From Aplysia californica (Eukaryota), in the NCBI RefSeq assembly GCF_000002075.1, contig NW_004797456.1:867113-931112 (forward strand): a DNA stretch of 64,000 nt, written 5' to 3'. The position numbers and the translations under genes were made by a program. Positions 47,257-59,000 of this stretch are shown here, one piece after another (the first letter of the stretch is position 1; each line of letters starts with the position of its first letter). The notes under the pieces were generated by a model. That model saw only the letters and a program-made list of their open reading frames with translations. It did not search any database and was not told the DNA's origin.

Positions 47257-50200
47257 CTGAGGAAAATATTTTCTTTTTGCATAACAAAAGGCAATAAACA
47301 GTTTGGCTGCCATTGGCATATGTCTAAAGTAAAGGCGCATATGGACTGCTCAGATTAACTCACTGAGCATCACGCCCCGATTTGCCTCCAAGCCCCATGG
47401 GACCACCCATTTCCCCCACTTTTTGAAAATTCATAAAAAATTGAAATGAAATTCTATTTCTGTGAAATTATCTGTGCTATTTAATAAGATACTGGTTCAA
47501 CAGACACAACAAACACATTTTGTGAGGAAAGAATGACAAAAAAATGTATGGGACATAAAGTTGGGACAAATTTGCCCCAGAAAAAAAAAATGAAAATAAA
47601 AGGAAAAGGTGTGACAAAGTAGAAATCTAATAAACTTACACAAAATGGTAGTGGCAGTGTGTGTTTGTGTGTAGAAGAATGAAGCATGAGTGTGAACAGT
47701 GAAGCAGCATATAAACGTAAGTGATAATTAATTTTGAAAAATTAAAAAATTATATTATAGATCTAGATCTTCCTCGGTGACAGGCTGAGAAGAGTTTTCA
47801 TTGTCAGTGCTGCTAGTGCTAGGACTAGATCTGTCAATAGATGTTCCAAGTCTGAGTACATTATATCTTTTCCACTTTGAGGGCTGATTTGCACTAGAGT
47901 TTAGTACCGGGGCTAGATCTATTATCATCCCCAGCCGGACCAGGCTGTGTACTCCCTGACGAGTCAGATTCACGACCGAGAGACGATGTTGGCTTAGACC
48001 TAGATCTAATGTTGTTTTTTCAGTCGTCTTCATCACTGCTAGGCGAATTCACATTTTGATTTATGAGGTTATCTATCTGATACTTCACTGTCACTTAAAT
48101 TTTCACAAAAATTATCGAGAGTTTCAATAAACTTCGACACAACTCGCCGTGCCATGCTTCACGTATGAGAAACAACAACGGACTGCGCAGAAGTTCCTTA
48201 CTTTAAGTTGTTCAGTCTGTTGGACAAATAACCCGTTTATTCGCACAAAAAGTGGTGAATATACACAAACCACAAAGAACTAGCCTGTCGATATCCTGTT
48301 TGAACCACTGGGGCAATATGCAAGCATTTTTAAACCGATGGGTTTACTTTATAGTCAATTATAGTTGAACCCACGTACGCTGCGGTCGCGGTCCGTGATG
48401 TGAATTTTACCAGACCGCGTATGCTGCAGGAGTGGTGCTCAGTGAGGAGTTAAGACTCCACTATATATGTGTGGCAGAGTCTTACACCAAGCAGTCAATA
48501 TGTAAAGTGACCAGACAAGAGGTATATTGTTGAAAACAGAGATGACACACTAATACAGAAGCTTTTCACAAATCAAAAAGTACCAAAAAGTGTGTATTTC
48601 CATTGAAAACACCAGGAAACTCTTCAGCAAAAAGATTTAAATACAAAATGTTTCTATTTTAAATGTTTGCTGAAGAACAGTGTTATACATGGGTACAAAA
48701 TTAGTTTGGAAAACTGAAGACTATTATTTTCTTGAACAAAACACACCTGTTTATCTTATTTGAGCGAAATATCCAGAAATATACACTTTTATGAAACAGA
48801 ACCCACCTGCCGAGACCTGAACTCTCAAGAATGGCCAGCAAGTTACGTAGAGAGAGGTAGTCCACCATCTGAGCACATTCTACTTTCTGACTAGCTGCCC
48901 AATGCCGGATGTTCTGATGCAAGCGCCACACAAAGTTACAAAAGTCATACTCCGAGATGTCATTGCGCAGCTCCCTGGAAGCAGAACAAATTCAAAACAT
49001 GTCATTTTTCAATTTTTATTAATTCTTCATTAATGGATTACGAAATTCATACTGAAATGTTATCATATCATACAAGGCTGGGTTTTTTTGGGTTTATTTG
49101 TTTGTTTAAACACTCCCAAAATACTTTAAAGATTTTATTCAAAGGAGGAGCATATGATTCCCCATTGAGACACTGTGATGAAAAGAAATCTTTTCAAAGA
49201 AATATAAAAGCTAATACCCAAATAAGGAGTCTTTTCTGAAGTCTTATTAAGACTCTCATTCTGACATTCAAGTGTTATGAATTGCATTCAGTAAGTTTTA
49301 TGGGCAAAAACACTCTTTAAAAAATTATTCAGTTTCTCCTACCATACCACAAAAGAATGCAAAAATTACCACTGTGAGAAAATGAATGCAGTAGGTCATC
49401 AACTTTACCCTACCATTCATAAGTTTGAGAGGGGGTCTGCATTATTTATTTTCTTACATTCGAAAACAATTCCTGTCAATTGCAAGCCTTACAAGGAACC
49501 AAGCGACACACCTTCAAATGACCAGCATTGGGTCTAATAAGAGAATAAAATTTTAACAACAAAACGTAAATTAACCTGCATCTGTTCAATTTGCTCAAGT
49601 CGTCTTTCTCTCCCAGTCCAAGCCAGACACAATAACTTAACACATTACACCCTAAGGGCCTGGACGGGGAGTCCATTCTTAGATACTAAGCAAGGGGAAA
49701 GAACCCACCTCGGGGGCGCACAAGACATTTTCTAGTATATTTCCCAGTAATGAGAACAAAAATAGAGTTCTTGAAAATGGATGAATAAAAATTACCCAAA
49801 CCATATTGGGGATGCATGACTTGTGCAATGCATAAAATGAATGGACCTACAGGAAGAGGAAATAATCTTTTCATTCAGCAGAGCTTGACACTATCAGTTA
49901 CAAAATTAAAGTTAACAGAAAAAGACCGAAAAGACCTAAAAAAAATTGTTTTATTTTAAATTAAAGACAATTTCCATAACACTATTAATTGCTACAACAC
50001 ATAAACACAGGCCAACTACTACAACAACAGCGCAGCAGCTGCTGTGGAAATCAATTTAGTAATTCATTCTGTTAGCAGTATCAATCTCAATCTGACAANN
50101 NNNNNNNNNNNNNNNNNNNNNNNNNNNNNNNNNNNNNNNNNNNNNNNNNNNNNNNNNNNNNNNNNNNNNNNNNNNNNNNNNNNNNNNNNNNNNNNNNNCT

Positions 50201-53200
50201 CTAATACTAAAACTACTAGCCCGAAAAATTTCGTTTCGGTATCAAACGAAAGAAGAAACTTTTTGCTATACTATGCAAATCAAAATCCCGGTCCCAGAGT
50301 CTTGTCAAGGCGAGACTTTCGTTTCTAAAGACGCTGGGTTGGCGCGGGCGGTTCCGGGCGAGCCAGGGTGGAGCGCGTAAGGGAATTCCCGGGCGATCCC
50401 GGGCGAGTTAGGGTGTAATGTGTTAAGTACCTAACATTTTCTTTTTTTTTTTTTTTAAAGAAAAACAAGCTATAGTCATTTCAACTACAGAAAAATTAAG
50501 AACAAAAGAAGTCAAATATGCAGTTAGTTCTTTATTTAATGAGTTTTTGTTCTTTGGTTACCTGAATGAACACTTGCGGGGCAGATGGACGTCACATATA
50601 TTTGCAGCAAGGGAGACAAACATGTTTGTGTAGCCCAGGGCAGACTGGATTCCATAGCTGGGGTTGCCCACAGGCACCTTGTCTGGGTTCTCTGAGGCAT
50701 ATCTGTTTGTCATCACTGTGAAAATTAGAAAAGCACTCTCTTAGCTTTCGGCAAATCAGTTTATGAAAACGAAATATTTTAAGAACCATCTCTTGAACTT
50801 GTTTCTCAGGTCACAAGAAATAAGTCAGTGCCAGTTTCACTTTAGAGAGCATTAGAACATAATATAGACAACAAAACACCAGGAGAGAAAAAAAGATAAA
50901 TATGCACAAAGTGTGATCTATCATATGGAATAATCCGAAAACTGCCTAAATTAATACAGAAACATGAATTGAAATAACAAGAGATGGCTAAAGTGCAGAT
51001 AAATTGTCATTGCAGAAATATCTCACACAAAGTAGACTCCTTGTTTCTGTTTTTGGGTACCTTTTCAGATCAAAACAGGTTTGTGAAATGACACATCAGT
51101 TAAGACAAATAGCGATATGAAATTACCAAATAAGCCAAGAGCTGAAGAATCACCACTGTACTCAGGCAACGTGGACTGAATCACCATACAGTGGTTTTCT
51201 CCCCTGAGATCCACATGCACCCAGCGGCCGGCAATGAATGCCGTTTCACTTGCATCTTTCAGGGCAGTGGCCATACTCATCTCCAAATTGCTGCTGCTAC
51301 AAAGCACAACGTGTGGAAGAAGGATGAACAATTAAGAATGAAGAAAAAAAAAAGCACAGCAAAAGTCACAAACTAGTATCAACAAATAGGCCCTACTTAT
51401 CTCTCAGTTTATGTTCTTTTACTTTCGTTTCCAGCAGATCAGCTCCTTATACAAATAATATGCATCAGTATAATGTCACCTGAACAGCAAACATTAGCTC
51501 TCAATTTACAAGGTAAAGGAAAGAATTTGAGACGAAGTGTCACCCCTGAGAATTACAACTTTTTTAGTTTAGGTTTAGAAAACTACCATACAGATGTTCT
51601 TTTTGAAGACTGAAACCTAAAACACATTCAATGATTGAAACTTGAGATTACTGAAAGTCTTGCTTGTAGTTTGACAACTTAATTATGAAAGGCACAAGCC
51701 TATAAATATTCAGTCCTCACCTTGGCACAAATATTTCCTTTATGGGAAAAATCCTTTGAGACATGCACTGAATGAAAGCCCTTCTCTGGGTAGCTAAATA
51801 CTGATTGTACAACTGCAGTTCCTGCCACAGCACCGGCACCGATTTGGGGTCTATACTGGTCCCTTCCTGCAGCTGGCCCGAGGGTCTCCTCTGGCGTGGA
51901 ATGTTCGTGGCTGCCAGCGCTATCAGCTGCTGCACGTTCAGGTCCCTGTCAAAGCGGACCCTCAGCACGTCGAGGACAGTAGGCAAGCTCTGAGTGTCTG
52001 GATCGGACAAGTTTGTGATCCTGAGCTTCAAGTTGGGCAGCGTCTCTTGCTGGTCCAGATCCAGCTTTGCCCTGAGATTCCTCCGCCTCTTCTTGTTCTG
52101 CGACACCACAATCCGTTCTGGTGACAAAGACATGGTCGAGGTTTAGCTTCCGATTCATGCATTTCGACAAAAGTAGAAAGAAGCTCCCTTATGAGCTGGA
52201 AAGATATAGTACATAGAACAAGAATAATTTTTTCAGTCTTTTTGCATCGACACATGCATAAAATTCAAAATAAAGAAAATTTGGAGAGGAAGACAGCATT
52301 GAGTTTGACTTTTCAAAGCTACATCTACCAAGCCCAAAGCCAGTAGCCACCAGGCCAACATGTGCACACCTATCTCCACATTTCATGAAACACAAGGTTG
52401 AAAAAAGCTGGAGGAGCTAGCACCATCAAAATATTGTGGAATAAAAGACAGATGGACAGATACAACACAGGTGCTCCAACCACCCATGCATCAAACATTA
52501 CAAACAGAGACTTTCTTTTCATAGACTTCTTCTTTCACTTCTGTAAGACATTTTTATTTCAGCTGTATGTATGCTTGTGAGTGAAAAGTGAAGTAGATGT
52601 TTTGTGAGCAGGTCAGCAAAAATCAGAATTCAATCACCTGACATATTTTGAAGATTTCTCTCCCCATTGTGCCTCAAACTTTAGTATCTTTACAGACTAA
52701 GGTGAGCATTTAGAAACAGTTATTGCCTGTCTACACAAGTAAATCATAAGAACACAAAATTAACCGTTTGACAAATAATTGCATTGACACAGAACTTTAA
52801 CCTCAGGTTACCACTGTTCAAGAGTGTAATGTCAAGAAGAAAATTACTGCATATATGTCAAGCCAATTTTCCCATTTATATTACGTGCAGGGTAATGCAA
52901 GCACTTAGTCAAAAATTCTTTGTCAGAGCAGAATTAAAATATCTAACAAATACACAGAAGAAATTAACATTGTCCATACCTGTAATGCATTTTGACTTAG
53001 TATCTGCTATGGCCTTTTTTAGAAGAACAATATTTTTCTTTGCTGATTCTATTTCTGTTCGCTGCAGACAAAAAATAAAAATTCTGTCATTATGACATTG
53101 ATCATCAGCACAAACACACAAAAAGTCATGATGATAGCATATAAAGACCTATCAACCCATGGACGACTTAAAATAGAAGAATTTCTCAAAATCCTCTTAT

Positions 53201-54302
53201 GTATATGAGCACAGTTTACGACAAAAATAAGAGTCACCTCACATCGAGTTCAGTAGTCAATTAAGATCACAAAATAAATTTACAAAGTTAAGATACCCAA
53301 CAAAATAAGCCTGTGATGCAGACACAAATTATATTTTTTTTAAAGATTTTCACTCGCATAGAATCTTAAGTGTGTATTTCCATATCTTTAAGGTCAATGA
53401 CATATAAATGGTTTGATGGCCGTGAAAAAAAAAGGATAATTTTATTTTCTATTAATGCAACAAAAAAACCCGCCAAAAAACATTGATTTTTCCAGAGCAC
53501 CTGAAGGGTATTTTGTTTCTTTGTTTTAGTAGAGGTTTTACTGCGCTCGCAACTGCATAAGGCCATATGAGCGCTAGAAAATTAGAGGTGTTACAAGAGA
53601 GTAACAAACATAAAAAAGAAGAAGGGGAGATTTAATAAGGACGATAGATGTTTGATAGGAAAGAAGGAGCAAACCACACCAGAGCACCCGCCAACCACCC
53701 ACCCTGAAGGGTATGTGAATGCAATACTACAGTAAAACTGATGAAGATACAACGTAAAATGTCATCAGTTTTATAAAGACACATGTTACTGTGAGTCAGC
53801 ACAGTAATGATCCCATTTTGAGAGAAGCAAATTAAAATATAACTGCTGCACAGAAAACAAGCAAAGAAGCCTTTTTTTTTCCCAAAGCACATATCATCAG
53901 TATGCGATTGTATTGTATATTGTACCTAAGATGGTGATGGTGGAAACTAAAAGTTATGATGAAGATGAACAAAGGACAAGTGATGACGACATCAAGTTGA
54001 ACAATAAAATAAAAACAACAACTTTGAGAAACATTTTGTTGCATATGTCATAACAGCAAGCTGAATCTCACAATCTTCTCATTCTAATATGATTACCTTT
54101 GCATTCACCCTACATAGTCCTTCCACATGTGATTCAAATCTGCAATAAAAAGAAACAATAAATCAATAAAATGTTTCATCTTTTTATTTTTAGCAAAAAA
54201 CATTGAAAACTAAACATAAAATCACAAACCAATTACTAAAACTAACATAAAATCACAAAGCTATTACTAAAGTCCAAATTTCACATAAGAAAAGAGAGAG
54301 AT

Positions 54303-54348
<46 letters not shown>

Positions 54349-57300
54349 GAGAGAGAGACCAGACCATCAATGATTTATTTATAGAGGCACCAGCCATCCA
54401 GAAAGAGAAAGACAGACAGACAAGACAGACAGACAGACAGAGAAGGGCATATATATATTATTTTGAGTCTTTACACTTTTCCTTTCACAGGAGTAACACT
54501 GGGTACTCTAAAAAGTAGGTACAGTTTTATTATTAAAAACATTTTGATGCCTCAATTAGTGTTCACAGCACCCACATACAAATCAAAGCTGCTTTTTCTG
54601 TTGACACTGAATGTCTTGGCAACAAAAGAACTTACAATAGCGTCCACTGGCGGCAAAAATAAACAATATGTGTGTAATAACATGTACCTCTGTGGAAAAA
54701 CTCACTCTCACTGCAGCTGCTTATGTCGTATTCCTAAGTATGGTAAACCCATCTCTTTTTCTCATGTTCTTCATAAAGGACAATGTCTTTTATAAACAAA
54801 CTTTAGATCACTAAAATCCTTTGAAAAGTGAATGTTCTTAGTGAACACTGTGTAGAGGGTACATTTTCAGCCGCATATGTTATACCAACTGTGTTTCTCA
54901 TCATCTTGCTACACACCATAGCTTAAATGTGTCACGACGCGGTGGAATCAAGCTCTCGTCAATTTTTGGGCATGTAGAGTTATTGGTGCATCATCTTAAA
55001 GCTTGCTTATTTGTCTTGCTTTGGACAAAATTAAAAAAACCCATTTATCTTGAACACAAATCGAGATACTTGCGAATGAAGGAGGTGGGAGTCACCTGGT
55101 TTCAGAGGTAAAATTAGTGAGAAAATGGTCGCCAAAGATTAGCTATTTCCTTAGCTTGAGAGCCCTTGAAAACTGAAAATGTACATTTTTTGTGCCTTTA
55201 ACACTTTCAGTACTGCGAGCCTCTCACGGACGTGGCCTCGCTCGACCGAGAGTCGGGCTCGCTATCTATTCCAATCCAGTAATGAAAAGGCACGAAATTC
55301 TCGGCCGATCCATGTTTTCGAAATAATAGAATAGACTTCCTGTTAGCTGATATGAAAGAAAATATAGCACTGACAGACAATTTTTAGTCATTACAGCGCT
55401 TTTTTCTGTCCCATTCGAAACGTAAAAATGACCAGAAAAGTGCTCTCCTGATTTCAGTATATATATGTCTCATATTTTCACTTCTATAATAGGTACATAT
55501 ACATAACTTTCAGCATTTCTTTGCATTGCTTGAAGCAACCTACCTGGGAAGTTTGAATGATGCTGTTGTTGTACTTTTTTAAGATGACCCTTTAAAGCTG
55601 GAAAATTGTTGATTTCAAACGACGCCTTCGATACTGCATAATCACTTTTAGAAACCCCAAACTAATTATATAATCGGAATAAATCTTCATTGTACCACCA
55701 TCTGATAGATATTTTTTAACTTTCAGTTGATGAGCCATATGATATGGTTTGTGTGTGTTTAGTTGGATGTTTTGGCATTTTCCTTTATAGGTAGGGGCGT
55801 AAAAATAGGACAGGGAACCCGGAAAAGCCCTGGGCCATAGGTGGATTTTGGCTTGGTAAGAAAAGAGTAAATCAACGTTTTTCAGTAAAATCCACACTGA
55901 AATATGTTCTTTAATTTGCATGAAAGGTGTAGAGCCAACAAACAAAAATTAGACAAAAATTCACAAACCTGTAGAAAAATGCCAGTTTCATCACTTTGAT
56001 TATTTTGACAAGCGTCTGATTTTACTAAGCTGCCTCACAAATGCTTTTTGGCTTTGAGCAAAGGGGTAGCAACAACAGATGTGGTTATTGCGTTGTGACA
56101 TCATACACATGTGCTTCTCTCACAGTTCCATTGAGGTAATATGTCCTGTAGACCTGTTGAGCTTTGATCAGCTCTATCTCATTGCATTTTGATGTTATTA
56201 TCATTCATGTTAAAACTGACGATATACACACCAAAAAAACCAATCAATACATAGCCGTCGCATTCAAGCAGCCGGGGGATAAAAAAGCACTTCCATACAA
56301 GACTATTTACGTTTGAGTTCAACTCAACATAGCGTTTGACTTTCAGAATAACCCATGTCTCGCTATTCTCACCCCCTCTTTTTACCGGAGAAGACACTAG
56401 AAGGATCAGGGCTGAGGTTAGCGGACATGACCCTGGGGGGGGGGGGGGGGGGGGGGGAAGGAGGGGTGGATGCTTTCATATCAAGGCTCTCTGGCTCTTT
56501 TTTCTTGGCTCCAAACTCCAAATGTTCAAGAAGAAATGGAAAGAAGAGGCAAGAAAAAGAAAAAAAGAAATTAAAGTGAAGAAAAGAGCTTGGATTGCTT
56601 AATTATTAAACTAGTTAACACGATTTGACGTCCTCGTCCATTTGGTCTGAATGATTTACAACCTTTCTACCATCGTGCATGAGCATATTTATTGTCTCGT
56701 GCTCCGTTACGTTCGTACACGCTCTCTGTTCCTTGAACCATAATTTATGGTATGCAGGCAGAGAGGCCTGCCATCGTTAAGTGTGTAAACAACAAATGGT
56801 CCGGCCGCTGGCTTGTCCCATATCCAGCGCAGTAGCGTATGTAGCTAGCCTTTTGTCTTTTTTACCGGAGAGGCGAAAAATGTTTTTACATTACTATTAT
56901 TCGTTCCCAACCACGTGCGGTGAGCCACCAAGGGCCTAGGTGATTTTATTGGCCTCTGAGAGGTCAGGGAGTCCTCACCTCATGCCCACACTGGGGTGGG
57001 AGCCATTCTCACCAGGGGGGTGGGTGTGAGAATAGCGAGTCATGAGTTATTCTCACCCGGGGTGAAAATGAAAATAGCGAAACGTGAGTTATTCTCACCC
57101 GGGTTGAAAATAGCGAGACATGGGTTATTCTCACCCAAGGTGAGAATAAAAGTGGCCTTCACAAAATTGCAAAAAAGAAGAGGTTCTGGGAACAAAAAAA
57201 AGGATCAACTCAAGTGAGCTCAACGCAAGTAGAGTAGACTGTACCTATATATAAATAATAAGTACTTCTTAATTTTCATATTATAAACGCTTTTTCTGAG

Positions 57301-58626
57301 AGTAGCAAAGAAACAGTTGGAACTCTATAGATAGAGTCTATCAGATGCTTTACATTTGACACAATGATGATTTCATGGAGGTCTACTAACATTTGATATA
57401 AGGCCTACATCAATGAATACAATGTTAATGAATTATGAAAGGGAAGCAGTAATTGTTTGATTATTAAAGATGCTTCGTTCCTGNNNNNNNNNNNNNNNNN
57501 NNNNNNNNNNNNNNNNNNNNNNNNNNNNNNNNNNNNNNNNNNNNNNNNNNNNNNNNNNNNNNNNNNNNNNNNNNNNNNNNNNNNNNNNNNNNNNNNNNNN
57601 NNNNNNNNNNNNNNNNNNNNNNNNNNNNNNNNNNNNNNNNNNNATATGATAAAATGAAGATTCCCATGGATACACAATGGGCCATCAATATATCATCATT
57701 GCATGAGCCATCTTGATAGGGGACCCGCATAGAAAGAGGGTAAGTTGTTAAAAAGAGTATAAAATATAAGGACATGACAGAGACTAAACTAGGCCACTAT
57801 GGTTCAGGGGTTCTGTTTTCCAAGGAGTACTACTAAACCAATCTATTTATTAACCTTTCAGTTTCAGTGTTCTCAAACAAAGAAACATTCTGACCTACTT
57901 CAACTAACAGGCATACTCATGATACTGTTGTCACAGTTGATCTAATTCTGTGACTGATAAGTTTCCATGATGGGCTAGAGACACTCACACCGTTGGGGTG
58001 TTGATTCATACCTCATAAAAATATTGCATGACAAGATCTTTGATTTTAAAGAAAATAAACATAACTGCAGGTTTCAAGCCACACTTCTATTTATAGCCAA
58101 TTACGCATTACGGGAACTCGGTGTCGATCTTTGTTGTAGGAAAGCGTTACTTGATCACAATATCTCATGCATGACTTCACTACAGTTGGGGAACACCCAT
58201 GAATTTGAAGGCACAAAAAGAAAAAGTTGAAACTTACTTTTTAACCAGTTCCCTTCTCTCTCGCCTTTTGTCGAACAGTTGCTGGCGTTTATCACAAAAT
58301 CTGAAATTATAAAAATAAGAAGGAAAAATGTATTTCTATTGCAGACGTAATTTGTAGCGCCCTTGACCTAAGCACTGCTTTGACCAAGGCCACAGTGACA
58401 TCAAGAAATGTTCTAAATAAGGAAAATCATTTCACCTTCCACTGTCTCTCCTTTGTGTGTGGTTGAATAATCCCTTGTTCACACAAACGTCACAAAGAAG
58501 AAATCCTCTGTTTTCACAACAAAGTGGACACTTTTCAAATGCAACTGGAACAATTTTACCCTCCTTAATAGCTGCTTGAAATGCAATTTTATAATCGTAT
58601 CGGGTCTGAGAGATACTGGCGGCCAT
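46992..58626 (-). CDS. ATG14: Beclin 1-associated autophagy-related key regulator (ATG14/Barkor); complete, 9 exons, 510 aa
   Basis: The exons total 1533 nt in frame. N-terminal CxxC...CxxC (CPLC..CDVC), coiled coils, IFPIKE, GRWV, NP.Y.I.SAL.Y, SLRNL, an acidic DWERV LIR-like motif and a C-terminal BATS amphipathic helix (AAASLTGWFKSYY). Confidence 0.94.
47359..48449. mobile_element. piggyBac-like non-autonomous element
   Basis: TTAA|CTCACTGAGCATCAC...GTGGTGCTCAGTGAG(GAG)|TTAA; Ser/acidic ORF remnant at 47755-48036 on -. Confidence 0.75.
48807..48974 (-). CDS. ATG14: ATG14 exon 8
   Basis: FVWRLHQNIRHWAASQKV..SLRNLLAILESSGLGR; ccag| and |gtgggt. Confidence 0.92.
49641..50422. mobile_element. 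piggyBac-like MITE spanning an assembly gap
   Basis: TTAA|CACATTACACCCTAA...TTAGGGTGTAATGTG|TTAA, a perfect 15-bp TIR. Confidence 0.8.
50099..50198. other. Assembly gap (100 N)
   Basis: Run of N. Confidence 1.
50562..50715 (-). CDS. ATG14: ATG14 exon 7
   Basis: NPSYGIQSALGYTNMFVSLAANICDVHLPRKCSF; acag| and |gtaacc. Confidence 0.92.
51127..51296 (-). CDS. ATG14: ATG14 exon 6
   Basis: ALKDASETAFIAGRWVHVD..LPEYSGDSSA; TAG/CAG/CAG tandem acceptor; donor |gtaatt. Confidence 0.9.
51721..52117 (-). CDS. ATG14: ATG14 exon 5 (coiled coil, enlarged)
   Basis: ccag| and |gtgagg; ends ...LATQRRAFIQCMSQRIFPIKEIFVP. Confidence 0.85.
52980..53061 (-). CDS. ATG14: ATG14 exon 4
   Basis: RTEIESAKKNIVLLKKAIADTKSKCIT; 82 nt; gcag| and |gtatgg. 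Confidence 0.88.
53522..53700 (-). mobile_element. 3'-end fragment of a non-LTR retroelement (LINE/SINE tail)
   Basis: Same family at 28986-29116 plus 31149-31190 (+) and 11530-11710 (+); tail-only copies at 16702-16752 and 17648-17707 (-); ends GCGCTCATATGACCTTATGCAGTTGCGAGCGCCGTAAAAC..(CTAAA)n. Confidence 0.7.
54097..54139 (-). CDS. ATG14: ATG14 exon 3
   Basis: FESHVEGLCRVNAK; 43 nt; gcag| and |gtaatc; its phase bridges exons 2 and 4. Confidence 0.8.
54293..54441. repeat. (GA)n and (GACA)n microsatellites
   Basis: Seen directly. Confidence 0.9.
54929..56038 (+). mobile_element. Sola1-like MITE with a nested piggyBac-like insert (55202-55867)
   Basis: AAAT 4-bp TSD; collinear with 60076-60503 except for a 666-bp insert at a TTAA site. 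Confidence 0.75.
56345..57150. mobile_element. Related element with ATTCTCACCC/GGGTGAGAAT repeats
   Basis: Inverted AGAATAACCCATGTCTCGCTATT / AATAGCGAGACATGGGTTATTCT; ~36-bp repeats at 57004-57150. Confidence 0.65.
57484..57643. other. Assembly gap (160 N)
   Basis: Run of N. Confidence 1.
58238..58300 (-). CDS. ATG14: ATG14 exon 2
   Basis: FCDKRQQLFDKRRERRELVK; 63 nt; tcag| and |gtaagt. Confidence 0.9.
58436..58626 (-). CDS. ATG14: ATG14 exon 1 (cysteine pairs)
   Basis: MAASIS...EKCPLCCENRGFLLCDVCVNKGLF; donor |gtgaaa; upstream in-frame ATGs at 58668 and 58686 are also possible starts. Confidence 0.9.
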
Positions 58627-58939
58627 AACAAATTTTCTGTTTACAATGGTGGATTGTGGGATAGCCATGTGATTGGTTGGAAACATAAATAAAAGAGTAC
58701 CTTCCCTTTCAGCCTTTGAGTGTTTTGTTTACTTCCCCTTTAGGGTTCTTCATAAATGAAGATAAATACAGTCGTGGTTGACAACCAAAAGTTTACAGAA
58801 TATGGCGGATGCAGTGAAAACTGTTTCACTATTACATTCATAAGGACATGAATGATATTGCTAACCCTGGGGCTAAAAGGCTTTGGAAACCAGACGTATA
58901 TTATTTTTAGAGACTGCAACAAATCGATCATTGTCAAGG
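58627..58939. promoter_or_regulatory. Putative bidirectional promoter shared by ATG14 and the CCDC175-like gene
   Basis: 313 bp between divergent start codons; two forkhead-type TGTTTAC motifs (58638-58644, 58726-58732); ATTGG/CCAAT at about 58672. Confidence 0.6.
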
Positions 58940-59000
58940 ATGTCTATTATTGAAGAAGTTCCAGGAGTGAACAATGCCGTTCAAAAACTCCAGGAGCTGG
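58940..59000 (+). CDS. CCDC175: CCDC175-like exon 1
   Basis: MSIIEEVPGVNNAVQKLQEL; donor |gtaatt; phase 1 matches the next exon. Confidence 0.7.
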
